The position numbers and the translations under genes were made by a program. The notes under the pieces were generated by a model. That model was not told the origin of the DNA. It searched no databases and saw only the letters and a list, made by a program, of their open reading frames with translations. A stretch of 64,000 nucleotides of DNA from Paraspadella gotoi (lineage: Eukaryota; Animalia; Chaetognatha): contig CM119265.1 in assembly GCA_051294375.1 (NCBI GenBank), positions 14,269,221 through 14,333,220 on the forward strand, written 5' to 3'. This document shows positions 14,201-26,100 of this stretch, one piece after another; position 1 is the stretch's first letter; each line of letters starts with the position of its first letter.

Positions 14201-15543
14201 GGGATTTTACGGTCGGTTATTTTTTTTTTCCGTTTCTTATGAGCGACGTATAAAAAACTTTTTATTACAAATCCCTGACCACCCCTAACCCTAACCACCC
14301 CTAATCCCTATCCAACTGCTAACCTTTTAAAAAAAATAATATAAAAATATTGTTTCCTTTTTTTTGTTGGTTTACGTACTACGAGTTTTATTAAGAAACA
14401 AATTTCGGACATGTTTCGGCTTCAATGTAAACCATCAGCGCAAAAACGAATTAATTAGTAAAACAAATATTTTTACAAATTTTGAAGTTTGAAGAAAGAA
14501 AAAGAGAGAACCTGTAAAAATACTTGTTTCACAAATCTGTTCTTGCTCTGATGAAAGCTTACATTGAAGCTGAAACATGTCTGAAATTTATGTTTCTTTA
14601 TAAAACTCGTACATAAACAATTCATTTTCTACCTCAAACATAAAAATAACAATTAAAATTAAAAAAATTATTATTTAATATAAAATTATAAAGTTGATAT
14701 TATTAAACAAAAAAATGTATATTATTTTGCAAACTAAGATTCGACGCTAAAGGGAAAACAAAATTAAATGGATTAACAAAGCATGGTGGTAGCTAAAGAT
14801 GGTTGCGGACGTCGAATAGTAAAATTACACTAAAAATTATTATCTAATTACCCTAACCTTAAACCCTTTTAACCCTAACCAGTAACCACCCTTAACCCTA
14901 AACCACCCTTACATCTCAACCCGGTCGGCGAAAGAAAAATTAACCAAGGTTTTAATATATATAAAGAAATATTACGATCATATCCTTAACATTTACCTTT
15001 TAGTTTTTCGTTGACCTTCCAAGCAAAGGTAGCCAAGAGAGGGGCCTTGTAGGTGGTTCCTCGCTGACGGCATTCAGCAGGAAAAACATTTGAAGCAAAA
15101 GAGTTGATGAAACTTTTTCGTTTGCCTAAATTCTGAAAGAAAAAAAGTGAGGACAGCTTAACAACTGGGTAACAAACATTAACTTAGATATGTACCTTTT
15201 CACTTTCGATGGACGGTCTGCCAACTTCAAGTTCCTCAAAAGAGAGAGAGACCCTGGTGCCATTGTGAAGAGCGAACTCGACTTTTGGGAGATCGGCCAG
15301 CATGAGACGAACCCCTTCGGAAACGAGCCAATCAAAGGATTCTCTATGGGGCCGAGTAAGTCGCACGAGTGGTTCATGCTGCGAATCTGGAATCTCGCTA
15401 AATTTTTTGCTCAAATTTGTTAATTTGATGGATGATGGGATTTGTGAAGCCTCCACCGAAGGAGCGTCTTCTTTAAAGAAATTGTTTTGCCGATTTTCTT
15501 GTTTTTTCATTTTTTTCACTAAATTAAAATTTATTATTGACAT
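2211..15543 (-). CDS. POLR1B: RNA polymerase I second-largest subunit (RPA2/RPA135). Approximate exons: 15543-15196, 15132-14997, 14068-13912, 13808-13659, 13579-13369, 13305-12801, 12711-12237, 8917-8845, 8769-8403, 7398-7115, 7058-6918, 6834-6496, 6054-5923, 2453-2211
   Basis: Motifs [140 protein letters not shown] and the C-terminal Zn ribbon. GT-AG junctions are in frame. The start codon is uncertain (15543 or 15510). Confidence 0.96.
2541..3737 (-). mobile_element. Helentron-associated interspersed element (HINE/DINE-1-like); related copies at ~38900-39510 and ~62030-63948
   Basis: Minus strand: 5' TTTT ATCGTCGCAATCGC plus a short inverted repeat, a (GTC)n microsatellite, a 3' subTIR GCGATTGCGACGAT with a small hairpin and a T run. 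Confidence 0.7.
3973..5818 (+). CDS. Uncharacterised coiled-coil protein gene nested antisense in the last POLR1B intron. Approximate exons: 3973-4395, 4502-4715, 4774-4987, 5059-5126, 5388-5444, 5538-5614, 5678-5818
   Basis: A chain of E/K/R/L-rich reading frames joined in frame by short introns (one GC-AG), ending ...EDEIRRAAD*. No homology recognised; the 3' exons are less certain. Confidence 0.65.
6101..6450 (-). mobile_element. Family E twister repeat (~300-320 nt unit); second copy at ~9471-9802 (+), fragment at ~46120-46230
   Basis: The two copies are inverted relative to each other in POLR1B introns. Short terminal direct repeat (TATGAAATTG...); no PBS or PPT seen. Confidence 0.7.
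6153..6217 (-). ncRNA. Twister ribozyme, family E (one P4 mismatch), in sense orientation within a POLR1B intron
   Basis: Reverse complement of the 9686-9750 motif, with P4 CCTG/CAAG. Confidence 0.72.
9103..9324. repeat. Tandem repeat, 3 units of ~73 bp
   Basis: The unit TACTTGATTGGCAGGGCGAATG...GAGCCTCTGTG is repeated three times. Confidence 0.9.
9686..9750 (+). ncRNA. Twister ribozyme, type P5, family E (intact)
   Basis: P5 TATCTTGT/GCAAGATA; GAGT GA TGG [AGGCCT] T^AA ACC AC C aga G CCTG TCCAAAGT CAGG. T1 is CCA:TGG, T2 is AC:GT; there is no P3. Confidence 0.8.
14086..14945. mobile_element. TIR element/MITE with CCCTAA-like internal repeats and two hammerhead remnants; partial copy at ~11270-11700
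   Basis: ~26-bp imperfect TIRs GG(C/T)TAAxTTTTxCTTTCGCCGACCGGG. Confidence 0.65.
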
Positions 15544-16719
15544 ATATTATTAGTGGTCCAAACAAATAAAAAACTAAAATTAAGTCAACCACCATATTAC
15601 AAAATAAAAAAGTCCAACGAAACTGTTCTGAAACCGTTCTGAAACCCAGTATGGGTGGCGCCAAAATGACAATTAATTTGACTTTAATTAACCTAATTAA
15701 AATTAAAGTGGGATGGACTGGGTAATGGCAAAGCCGCCGATAGGCACGGGCCCTCTGCCAGATCCAAAGCTCTGGACTAAATAAACATGCAGTCTTCAGA
15801 TATTTCCCTGTCAACACGAGGTGACACCGTTTCGTGTGGGGCGCCCTTTGAATTTAAGTAATATAAGGATCTGACGACCATCTAATAATGCTACGAAGAC
15901 CGGTTCAGTCAACAAAGATATCAACTATCCATTCGTCATTTGCCCTTGGTGATGAACAGAAACTACATAGGTTCTTCTATGATTCTTCAGTTATATCATT
16001 TGTGATTATAACATTGTTAAATTACGTTTTAAATGCTCTCATTTTATTATTGTATCTGTTTATTAAATATTTTTGGCGATCCCGGAGTTGAATTCCTTCT
16101 GGAGGCTTATGGGAAAACGAAGAGAAAGAAGAGGAAAAAATAAAGTTTGTTTCTTTACGGAAAAGAAAATTTAAGACCGTAACAATAATATTAAAAACGT
16201 TTTTAAGCTTCACGAGCTAAAGATTTCTTTTTAATTCTTTAAAAAACTTAATTATAATTTTTTTTATTGCCTTTGATAAATATTTATAAAATAACAATTT
16301 TTATTAGTGATAACCACGATTATTTAATAATTCGGATATGTTTTGGTTCTTGTTTTTTAAACCTTCATCAACCAGTTTTAATAGTTTTAATAAATATTTG
16401 AATACTAATTTTAAAAGATAGAGAGAGAAGCAATTTTAACCTTGATATCTCTCACTATCTCCGAATTATTAAATGACCATTATAATCATAAAAAAAACTC
16501 TGTTACTTTATAAATATTATTATTATATTTTTTATAAATTTATTAATATTTAAATATTATTTTTTGAAATGTTTAATTATTATATATTTAAGCAGAAACT
16601 TAATTTTAAATTTAACTTTCATTTACCCTTAACCCAAACTTACCCCTAACCTAAAGTTACCTCTACCCCTAACTTACCCTTACCCCTAACTTACCCCTAA
16701 ACCTAACTTGCCCCTAACT

Positions 16720-17077
16720 TATTTTTAACCTTAATTTATTGTAACCTTAATTTTTACCCAAATATATATTGGTTGTACCAATTTCATATAACAATAATAA
16801 AATATATTAAAAAAAAATTATGATATCTGAATTTTTTTATTTTTTTTCCCGAAACGTTGTCTTTTTTTTTAAAATTCTTTAAGAAAAACCTTGCTCTTCG
16901 TTTTCCCATAGGCCTCCAGAGGGCATTGATCTCCAGGAATGCCAACATGGGAAAAAAATAAAGGAATTCAGATATCATAATTTTTTAAAATATTTTTTAT
17001 TATTGTTATATGAAATTGGTACAACCAATATATATTTGGGTAAAAATTAAGGTTACAATAAATTAAGGTTAAAAATA
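16720..17077. repeat. Long inverted repeat (~113-bp arms, ~130-bp spacer)
   Basis: 16720-16833 is the near-perfect reverse complement of 16965-17077. Confidence 0.85.
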
Positions 17078-19340
17078 GGCCACATAGTATTGTGATAAAG
17101 AGACGATGAGACGAAAGTCAAGTCAAGCATCTGAGTTATTGATAGTCGTCTGAACTTTGCATTATAGGCGGGTCCTAACAATAATATGTTTTGTAGGGGA
17201 AGGGTCTCTTTTGCGTCCTTCAGCGTCCTAAGCTCCGGGTTGTCTAGTATTGTTGTTTTGCATTATTATTAAAAAGACAATGCCGAGATGCACGTTGATT
17301 TAAAAATGACGCAAGATTACGCCATCCCTGAGTCGTCGTCTAGGTCGAGGAGGGGGTTCTTAAGACTTTACAGTTTTTTGTGTTTTTTTTTTTCTGTTAG
17401 GGAAAAAAGAAAAACATTATGAAAAGAAAATAGTCATTGGCAAATAGAAAGGTGAACAGGAAAAACGATTGGGAAAAAAGGTAGATCGTGGATAATGGTT
17501 TCAAAAACCGAATGTTAATTTGTTGTTTTTGCAATGTACGGAGGACCATCTACAACTCAGATGCTCTTTTATATCGGGGTTTCTTCATTTTTAAGCAGGT
17601 TGGCATTGTCGCGCTGGAGAGAGAAACTCGATTTCGAGAGCGCCGTCTTTGCCCCACCGACGGGCGTCCTGTCGAGCGATTGATTTACAGTCGTCATCCA
17701 AGAGTCACAACTACAACGTCACGTGATCTGTACATCTTTTCCTCTTCCTCCTCCTTCTCTTCCTCCTCGGCGAAAACGAGGCCCGCATCAACAAAAAGAA
17801 CGAGGGAGAAGAAATTTTCGTTGTGACATCGAAGGAGTTATCATGAAAATGGGATAACAAGCGCTCTGTTGGCTGTGTTAGGATCCACCGAGAATCTTCG
17901 AGGAACTTACTCTCATCGGCGAGGCACTTCATATGTCCATGGAAAATCGTCCAAAGGCAAGAATTGGCAGCCGGAGTGGATCGTATATGAAGTAAACATT
18001 TTTTCTCTGACCATCGAATTATAGTACCTTTATACCTTTATAAAATCTGCAAAATATAGTACCTTTATACCTGCAAAGTATATAGATATTCAAAAAGCAG
18101 GTAAATTATTATTTAAAAATTCTGTTAGAACTGAAGACTCGTGAATCGTGATATCTGAGTTCTGACTTTACTTCGTCACAACACAAGGACTTATCGTTTA
18201 GGATCATTCGTGCTTACGTCGTTCGTTACTATTTAGTCCTTTCGTCGAGTTTCAATATTTTTTAGTATTTTTTTTGTTTCTAAATTTATACTGCTTTTTG
18301 TAATTCTTTTGATGGTTTTGAGTATTTTGATTGTGCTTTGATTATTTTATTAAGGTACCCTTTTTAAACTCTTCATAAACTAAAAGAGAAATAAAGACTA
18401 TTTCATCGTCGATCTGTTCAAGCCACCGAATCATGCCTTTGAAGCATCTTTGGATTAACGAAGCATCTCGCCGGGGTAGAGGAGTTTCCTGGAAAATTCT
18501 CGGNNNNNNNNNNTGCCTTTGAAGCATCTCTGGATTAACGAAGCATCTCGCCGGGGTAGAGGAGTTTCTTGGAAAATTCTCGGGGGCGTTTTAAGACGGA
18601 CCGGCGGGAATTAAAAATAAGTACAAATTGAGAAACCAATACATAAAAACTACATAGTTTTTTATCGACGAAAGGACTAATTATTAACGATTGACGAAAG
18701 CACCAGCACTGATACTTTCACAAATTTAAACAAAAAAATCATTGTCATTATACAGTCCGGACAGACATACTGTATAACGATTCACCATTCATTCTAGATC
18801 TAACTGGCTGTGCGGGATTGTTAAATTTCCTTATGGAAACGATGTCTATCCTGCACTTATAGAAATAAAATGAGACAAATTAATAAGTGTTTTATTTCTA
18901 ATTCAAGTTCAATTAAGTAACTTCAAGTAAAACTCGGTCTAATGTTAAAACAAGGTAAATAAAAAAGAAAAACTGTTAAGCAGATATTTAGTTTAAATAA
19001 TAAAGAAAGGAATTATTCCATTGAGAAGTGATTTTCATTAATTTAACCTTGGAAATAGTTTTACGTTGGTAACCAAAGAAAATTGGTAAATCACGAATAC
19101 TTTCCCTTTTATTGTATCCAAATATTTTTTGTACGCCATCGTTAATCAGCCTTCTCCAAACTCTTGCCATACCGATTTGCAACTGAATTATTATTCAATT
19201 TTTTTACATCTTGTTTAAGATAAAATTTTCATGCCTATAAGCGCTATGTTTCATTATATTATATATTCAATAATACTAAAATTGCTTTGATAGAATCCAT
19301 AAAAAAATTTTACAAATTAAAAGAATTATTTGGCATTATA

Positions 19341-19864
19341 CTGGGAGGTTCAGCTCTAATGGGACTTACTTCAAATGCTTACAGCACAAAAACAGTTTAT
19401 GCGAGAAGAAAAGCGAGATTGTTTGGAAACTAGGCTAATTTCTCTTTCGATCGATATAAAAAATCTGGGAAATATAATAGCAACTCCTGTAATTGATGCT
19501 TTTTGCATAACATGTCATTTTTTTTATACCGTTCCTTAATATAATTTTTTAAAAATTCGGCGAAAATCAAGATTAAGCTTAGACTTTTGACTTCTGACAG
19601 CAATCCCCCTGATTAATGAAAATGTAGGATAAAGAAGCTGAATGTCCCACGCATCTCCTCCAGAACTGTCAACTTTCCGACAGCGGTAATAGTAGTAGGA
19701 ATTGCAGCCGCATTTTTCTCTGGAGACTTGGAGATGATCAGGGTTGAAGAAGGTGAATTATTTTAATAAATTGAGTTATCAAGACAATTTTCATACCATT
19801 ATTCTTTTTTTTACTCGTCCAAACGATTTTTAAAATTTATTCCCAAAAGAGCTGGACATCTCTG
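19341..19864. mobile_element. Tc1/mariner-type MITE; longer relative at ~35753-36865
   Basis: TA|CTGGGAGGTTCAGCTCT ... AGAGCTGGACATCTCTG|TA; internal sequence is shared with 35760-36080. Confidence 0.6.
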
Positions 19865-20180
19865 TATATAATATTATAATATGTATAATATAATAATATA
19901 TATAATATAATATTATATATATTAATATATATAATATATATATTAATATATTTTAACTGAGAAGGAAAGCTAAAAACTAAAAATTGTTTTTAAAAAAGTT
20001 TAGCAGTTTTTAACTGAGATTTTTTATTATGTTGTATCGTGTTCCCGCTGTATGTATCTAAGATTTTTTAAATTGTATTTTTTTTAGAATAGAATAAGTT
20101 GTTCAGATGCATCCAATTCCTGCAACGTAGTCAATTACGTACAGGGCCAGTTGCCCTAAAAACTGAACAAAACTTGTAAA

Positions 20181-23100
20181 ATGATTCGGCCCCGCGGGCC
20201 ACGCGCAGGACGATTTATAGGATTGCGCGGTCGAGCAAGGGGTGGGGCTTTCAATCTTCCTCATCCTTCAAATCGTGACGTTTCTTCTTTGGCCGGGAAC
20301 CACTTAGGTGGACCGGCCGCGGAAGTTCCTACCGACGGTGAGGAGTCAAATGCAAACCCGCGCCCTATCCCAATTTCTGCTTTTCCACGGACTTCGCATC
20401 CGGGGTCGGTAGGTTACGACGCTGACGCTCCTCCAGGTCAGAACTTAACCGACATCGATGCTATAAATTTCAACGGACCAACGGACGCGCCATCCAATTC
20501 TTTTTCCTCCCGAAACAATCAAAATTGGGAAAACCTTGCGACAGAATTGGGTCGTCGCGACGACGTAGACGAGGGAGGGATAGGAGCTGGTATAGACGAT
20601 ACTGGTTTCCGTTTCGGCGAGAGAGACAACTTCGAACCCGTCGATTTTGACAGAAACGGTTCTAGCGGATTAAATGTTAATTTTGGCCCGAATTTCGATC
20701 ACGGCAATGTTGCTTCCTCGTCTGTACACTCCGACATCGCGCCGCTATTAAGGGAGGTTCACGGAACCGTTATCAATCGTTTTCCGGGACCAGACGCAGC
20801 CGGATTTCAGTTTGACAGTATCAATGAGGGTCGTCGCAACTTCCCCCTATCCCATGAAGAGAGACCATCACCCGGTTTTCCCCCATTAGAATCAATTGAC
20901 TTTAGCGTCCCGCCGCCAAATTTCCCGAAGAACCCGGATTTCACGGTTCCACCGCCAAGCTTTCCCGGCGCGATGACGGGCAGGGGTTTCAGCCCTGGTA
21001 TCGTCAGAACCGGCATGGGCGTCACCGCTCCCGGACTAGGCGTTCCGGGCGTCGTAGAACCAATGATGCTTGGCAACAATCCGCGCTTTCGGGTTCCTTC
21101 TGCTTGCAACCTATCCGTCGTCGGGACCGCAATGAGAGGCATCGGCTCTACGAATCTCGGCCGATCCAACTTTCGAGGAAGATTTGATCAGAGAGGTGGA
21201 AGAAGCCAACGATTCGTACGAGGATCTAGGGGTAGAGGGCTGTATATCAGGTGATTATTAATGAAATTAAAATTCTCATTAATAAGTTCATAAACTTGGA
21301 CCTTAATCTTAAACACAACCCCAAATCGTGATCAATGAAAATCAAAAGCCGGCTCACGATTTTCTATTTTACTAAGGAATGATTTTTTTTATTAAATTTA
21401 AAATTTTCGATTTTGTAATTTTAACTCCAGTTCGAATCATGGCGGAGATTCGATGGAACGCCACGAAGACGGAGAAGAGACTCAATTTCTTCCTCCGCTC
21501 TCTTACAAGAATCGAGAGGAATGGAATGCAGATGAGAAAGAACTTGACTCCACCCAGGACGGTAATATGCGTAATTTAAGAGGTGCCGATAATATTTCAA
21601 CCCTCGCCCTAATGCAGCATTTATTAATGTTTTTTAAAATAGAGGAGAAAAGTTTTGAGAAATAGTTGACAGCTTTGCAAAGGAAAACCGTAGTACTTAA
21701 AACAAATAAAAGTTTAAAATAGTAAATTTTGAAATTAACCGATCGGTTAAAATTATTTTTAATCGGTGATTAACGGTTAACCGTTAATCGGTTAAAACGC
21801 CTAATCCTCTTATTCTAATTTAGTACTAAGGTTATTCAATTATTCCAGATCAAACGGATTTAACTCCGTCTTCGCACGGAACGCCGGTGGAGGAGACGAA
21901 AGACTCTGAAGCTCGCCTCTGCTGTCCTGGGTGCATGAAGTCCTTTGATGAGGCGGAGGATTTTGACGATCACATAGGTAAGTCGTCAATAGCTGCCGAC
22001 CATTTCGGATAACAATGAGGGTTTTGATCATCGGAGGGTCTTGCACTTTTTCAGATAGATTTTTTAATAACAATTTTTGGACAACTATTTGACACACGGG
22101 GAGAGAAAATTTTTGTGGGTGTACGTATCACTTCATTAAAGAATGAGGAAGCGAAAAATTAGTGACCGAAAGTATTGGATTGCGAGTCGGTGACGGGGTG
22201 AAGGAATCGTTGCGTGCCGTATTTAGGGGATGATAAATTGATTTTAGTTAACTTTATGAAAATTTGCAAATTACTTGTTTCACTATTTCTATTTTTATAT
22301 TTTATGAAGGATTTAGTATTTAATCTATATTATTTAATCAAATATATATTGTTTTATTTTTTAAAAATGTTTTATTTATCTAATAATAGAAATCTACTAT
22401 GAAATTAAATTCAATAGGGGCGGGGGTTCAAAACTTTAGTCTTGAAGTCTACTTTTAGGTAAAAAAAGAATTTTTTAAAAAAGTTCGATTTTAATGCTTT
22501 TATTGTTGCTATTAAAATTACAATATTACTATATAATGATAAACAATTTTTTTAATCAATCTTAACTTTTTTTGATGGATTCTGATAGAGCATAAAAAGT
22601 TAAATAAAAAATTTAACTACAACTTTCAAAAATATTTATGTTTTCTTGGTCAAAATTAAGAAAAAGTAAAAAAATTATTGAAAAATGATGATGTTGATGA
22701 TTATAAATAGNNNNNNNNNNTCTGGAAATAGAGAAAAAAATATAGAAAAAATAGAGAAATATACAACACAAGGTTAGATTACTATCTGTCCTAGTTTTCT
22801 CATAGATATCACACATCATTTCTGTTAGAAAGTCATTAATGAAAAATCCTAATATCTAAGAGGCTGAACAGAAAGGGTTGGGAATGGATAATTTTTTTTT
22901 TGAGGGGGGACCAACGTTATATATGATATTTTTTACCAATAGGGATAAGACTACAATGTAGAATTGTATGTTCTGATAGGGATACACACTGGGGAAAGGT
23001 CTATAGGGGCACCTTTATGTCATGAATATAATTTTAAAATATTTTAATAAAAATTATATTTTTTATTTATCCTATTTTTTAATTATTTCTTTTTTGAATA

Positions 23101-26100
23101 TTTTTTATCTTTTATGTATTTCAAGTTGATAACAGCACTTGTAATTTTTGCATAATATAAGGTTTTTAGAGAACTCTCCTAATTCTTTTTTATGTACGTA
23201 GTTGTTTCGTCACGCCTTTTTCTCGTTTTTTAATCTACTGGGGGAAAAAAGAAAAATAGTTAGTAGATGGTCATCGGTGAAACATATGGATGAAAGTTTA
23301 AAAAATCAAATGAAGTAATTTTAAGTAATAATTTTATTTATTTACAGAGTCATTCACAATTTATACTCCGAATTCATATTTTAAAACCAATCTCACCTTT
23401 TTTTCAGAAACGTGCCAGGAAAATGACGACACTTCGGATCAGATAGAATTCATATGCGCTAACTGCGATGCGGTATTTTCTGTACAGGTAATGAAAACGT
23501 GTGCAAAAAAAATCATTTAATTGGATTAGTGATATTCCTTAATTAAAATAGGACGACTATCATGATCACATCCGGAACGAACACGACATGTCCGTGTGCA
23601 GATTGTGCACGGCTGAATTCAATAAAAAAGAAGAGCTCAAGATGCATATTGAGACGTCTCACAAAAAAAAGCCTTTTGCCACAGAGGACGTTAAAACGTA
23701 AGTCGTTTTCCAGATTGGTCGAAAGTTTTTCGTTTTTCATTTCAGGAAAAAAAAGTATTTTTTTCTATTTTTTTTGGATTACAACCACGACAAATTTTAT
23801 TTTCCTGACAGAAAAGTAATCCAAATAAAAGAAAAAAATCGTTTTTTCTCGCTTCTAAATTTAAACGCAACGAAAAGAGAGAAAAGCAATGTCTATAGAT
23901 AATTATGTTTAATCTTGCAGAGCGCAAAAAATGGGTTTCACCGCTCAGACAACGACGAAACGAGGTCGGACCGGCCCGCTTAGCTTCTACAAAAAACTTG
24001 GCAAAAGGGGAACGGGAACTACGAAATCTTCTACCAATAAGTCAACGACGCCTTCTCTCGTTCGTTCGACTTCTTCGAAAACCGAATCGCTCTCAAAGGC
24101 GACCCCGGTCAAACTTGCCGACCAAGTCGTGTCAAACGCCAAACAGCTCCAATGCAAGGATAACACCGATAAATTGTTCGACAGTTCGCTGGACTCGGCC
24201 GCCGATCTGGAAACAATTAACCAAACCGCGCAGTCGACAAATCCCCAGTCCGATTCTTCCTGTTCCAACGATCCGACTAGCTCTAATCTTCAACAATCAT
24301 CCCTGCCGCATCCGGTGGTTGAGTCCATGTCTCATCTTTCAGTGGAGACCGAAGCTCCGGAGTTTGAAAGCATTGAAGAGACGGAATCTAGCCATTTTCT
24401 TAGCGGATATGCAGAAAACTTGCTAGAGAGCGTAGATTCTCTCGATCGATTTCCTGATGGTGATGACAACGGGACGGGAATCGGCTCGTCCCCTGTGACG
24501 AACGTGACATCTCCGCTACAGCAAAACAATCCTCGTCTGGCTGATAAAAGCCTTACCCCTGGAAGTAGAGTCAAGCAATACGAGAGGAGGGGGTTTAAGA
24601 TAACAAGTAAGATGGCATTAATGTCACCTCCTCCGCCTCCGAAGAGTCGTCACCGTGAAGAACCGACATGGGACGAACCGCCGAGACAAGGCGTGCCTTG
24701 GGGACCGGGGATCGATGACGGTCTCCCTGAAAGAGCGCCCTTTCTGCCACATTCTCTCTGGACAGGCAACAGTTCGCCCTCGCAAGGTGACTCAACCGGG
24801 GAATTCAGTGAGCATGATTTCGAGCAGTTAGACTCTAGTCGCATGTTTCATGAGCCGAGGGAAGAGACGTCGCCATCCCCCCCTCCGCCTCCCCCCTCCC
24901 CACCGCCAAAACCAGTTGGGACCAAAGCCCGAGTCTCCTTATCCGGACGGCGGTCGCCCCTGTCTAGCGGCGGAAGAAGCAGCGGAAAAAGTCTTGGCGA
25001 TGAAAAAGACATAACTAGAGGGTGGAAGAAAATTGAGCCTCAAGTCGTCAAAAAACGAATGAGTATGACCCAGCGATGGGTTTCAAGGGCTGAAGGTTCA
25101 AACTCTCCACCTCCCCCTCTCTCCATTGACGAATTGGAGCAGTGTATCGGGCGTGAGGTTGACGACGCGACAACCCCGCCCCCTCCGCCTTCACCGCCGC
25201 CTCCACCACCACCCAAAAACGTCAAGTTTGTTGATTTTCTTAAGTCACCGCCCGTCAAGACAAAATTCAAGGAAGAAAATCGCGGGCGGAAACTCCATGA
25301 TCCCGTCGGTTCAAGGCGAGAGTCAGTGGGTCGAAAGGGTGGATGGCCAAGGGAAGACGTGACTATGCGACCGCCTGTGCGGAAAAAAGAAGAGCCGTCT
25401 GAGGAAGAAGCAGGGACGGCATGGATATTCGACGATAACATCCTGGATAGGATCATCGCCTTGAAAGAAAATCCCGAGTCGGACCGGTCTGGCTCCACAT
25501 CTATTTCGCCGCCGAGTCCAAAAATACCCCAGTCGTCAAGGCAGTCAAATGACGAGGAAGATGGGGAAGAGGATGAGGAAGACGATGACGAGGAGAGCGA
25601 GGAGGAAGTATTGGAGGTCGTCGACGAAAATGAAGACGAAATTGAACGTGTGCAACGGAGAATCGCTAGTTTACGGGAGAAGCTCCAAAAGAAGGAAGAA
25701 AAAGAGAAGGAAAGAAAGTCGAAAGAGGAAAGAAGGGAACAGCGAAGAAAAGAGAAAGAAATTAAGCGGCAAAAATTGCAAGAGATTGAAAAAGAAAGGG
25801 AGAAAGAGCGCCTGCGTTTGAAAGAAGAAGAAGAAAAGCAAAAAAAGCGAGAGAGAGAAATGCAGAGAAAGCTCATGGAAGAAAACGAAGCGAAATTGAA
25901 AGCGTCGCGTGCAGTGAAAATATCTATGACAAAATCTGCAGAATTATTACCTTCTAAAGAAACTTTCAATACGGTCTCTTCTCATACTTTTGATATCGTT
26001 GGGACCATTATTGGGGACTCTGCTGGCAAAAACGACAAGGCAGCCAGGCTAGAGAAAGAAAAAAGGATATGCCCCGAGACATCAAGTGAAATGCTGAAAT

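Noticed and set aside
14280-16720. CCCTAA-like runs as an interstitial telomere
   Set aside because: They are short, degenerate and embedded in or beside transposon-like repeats.
17160-17365. GTCCTAAGC and ACCCGCC fragments as a sixth twister
   Set aside because: No P4, T1 or P5 pairing could be assembled; at most a very decayed remnant.
18434-18583. Direct repeat across a 10-N gap
   Set aside because: Most likely an unmerged contig overlap.
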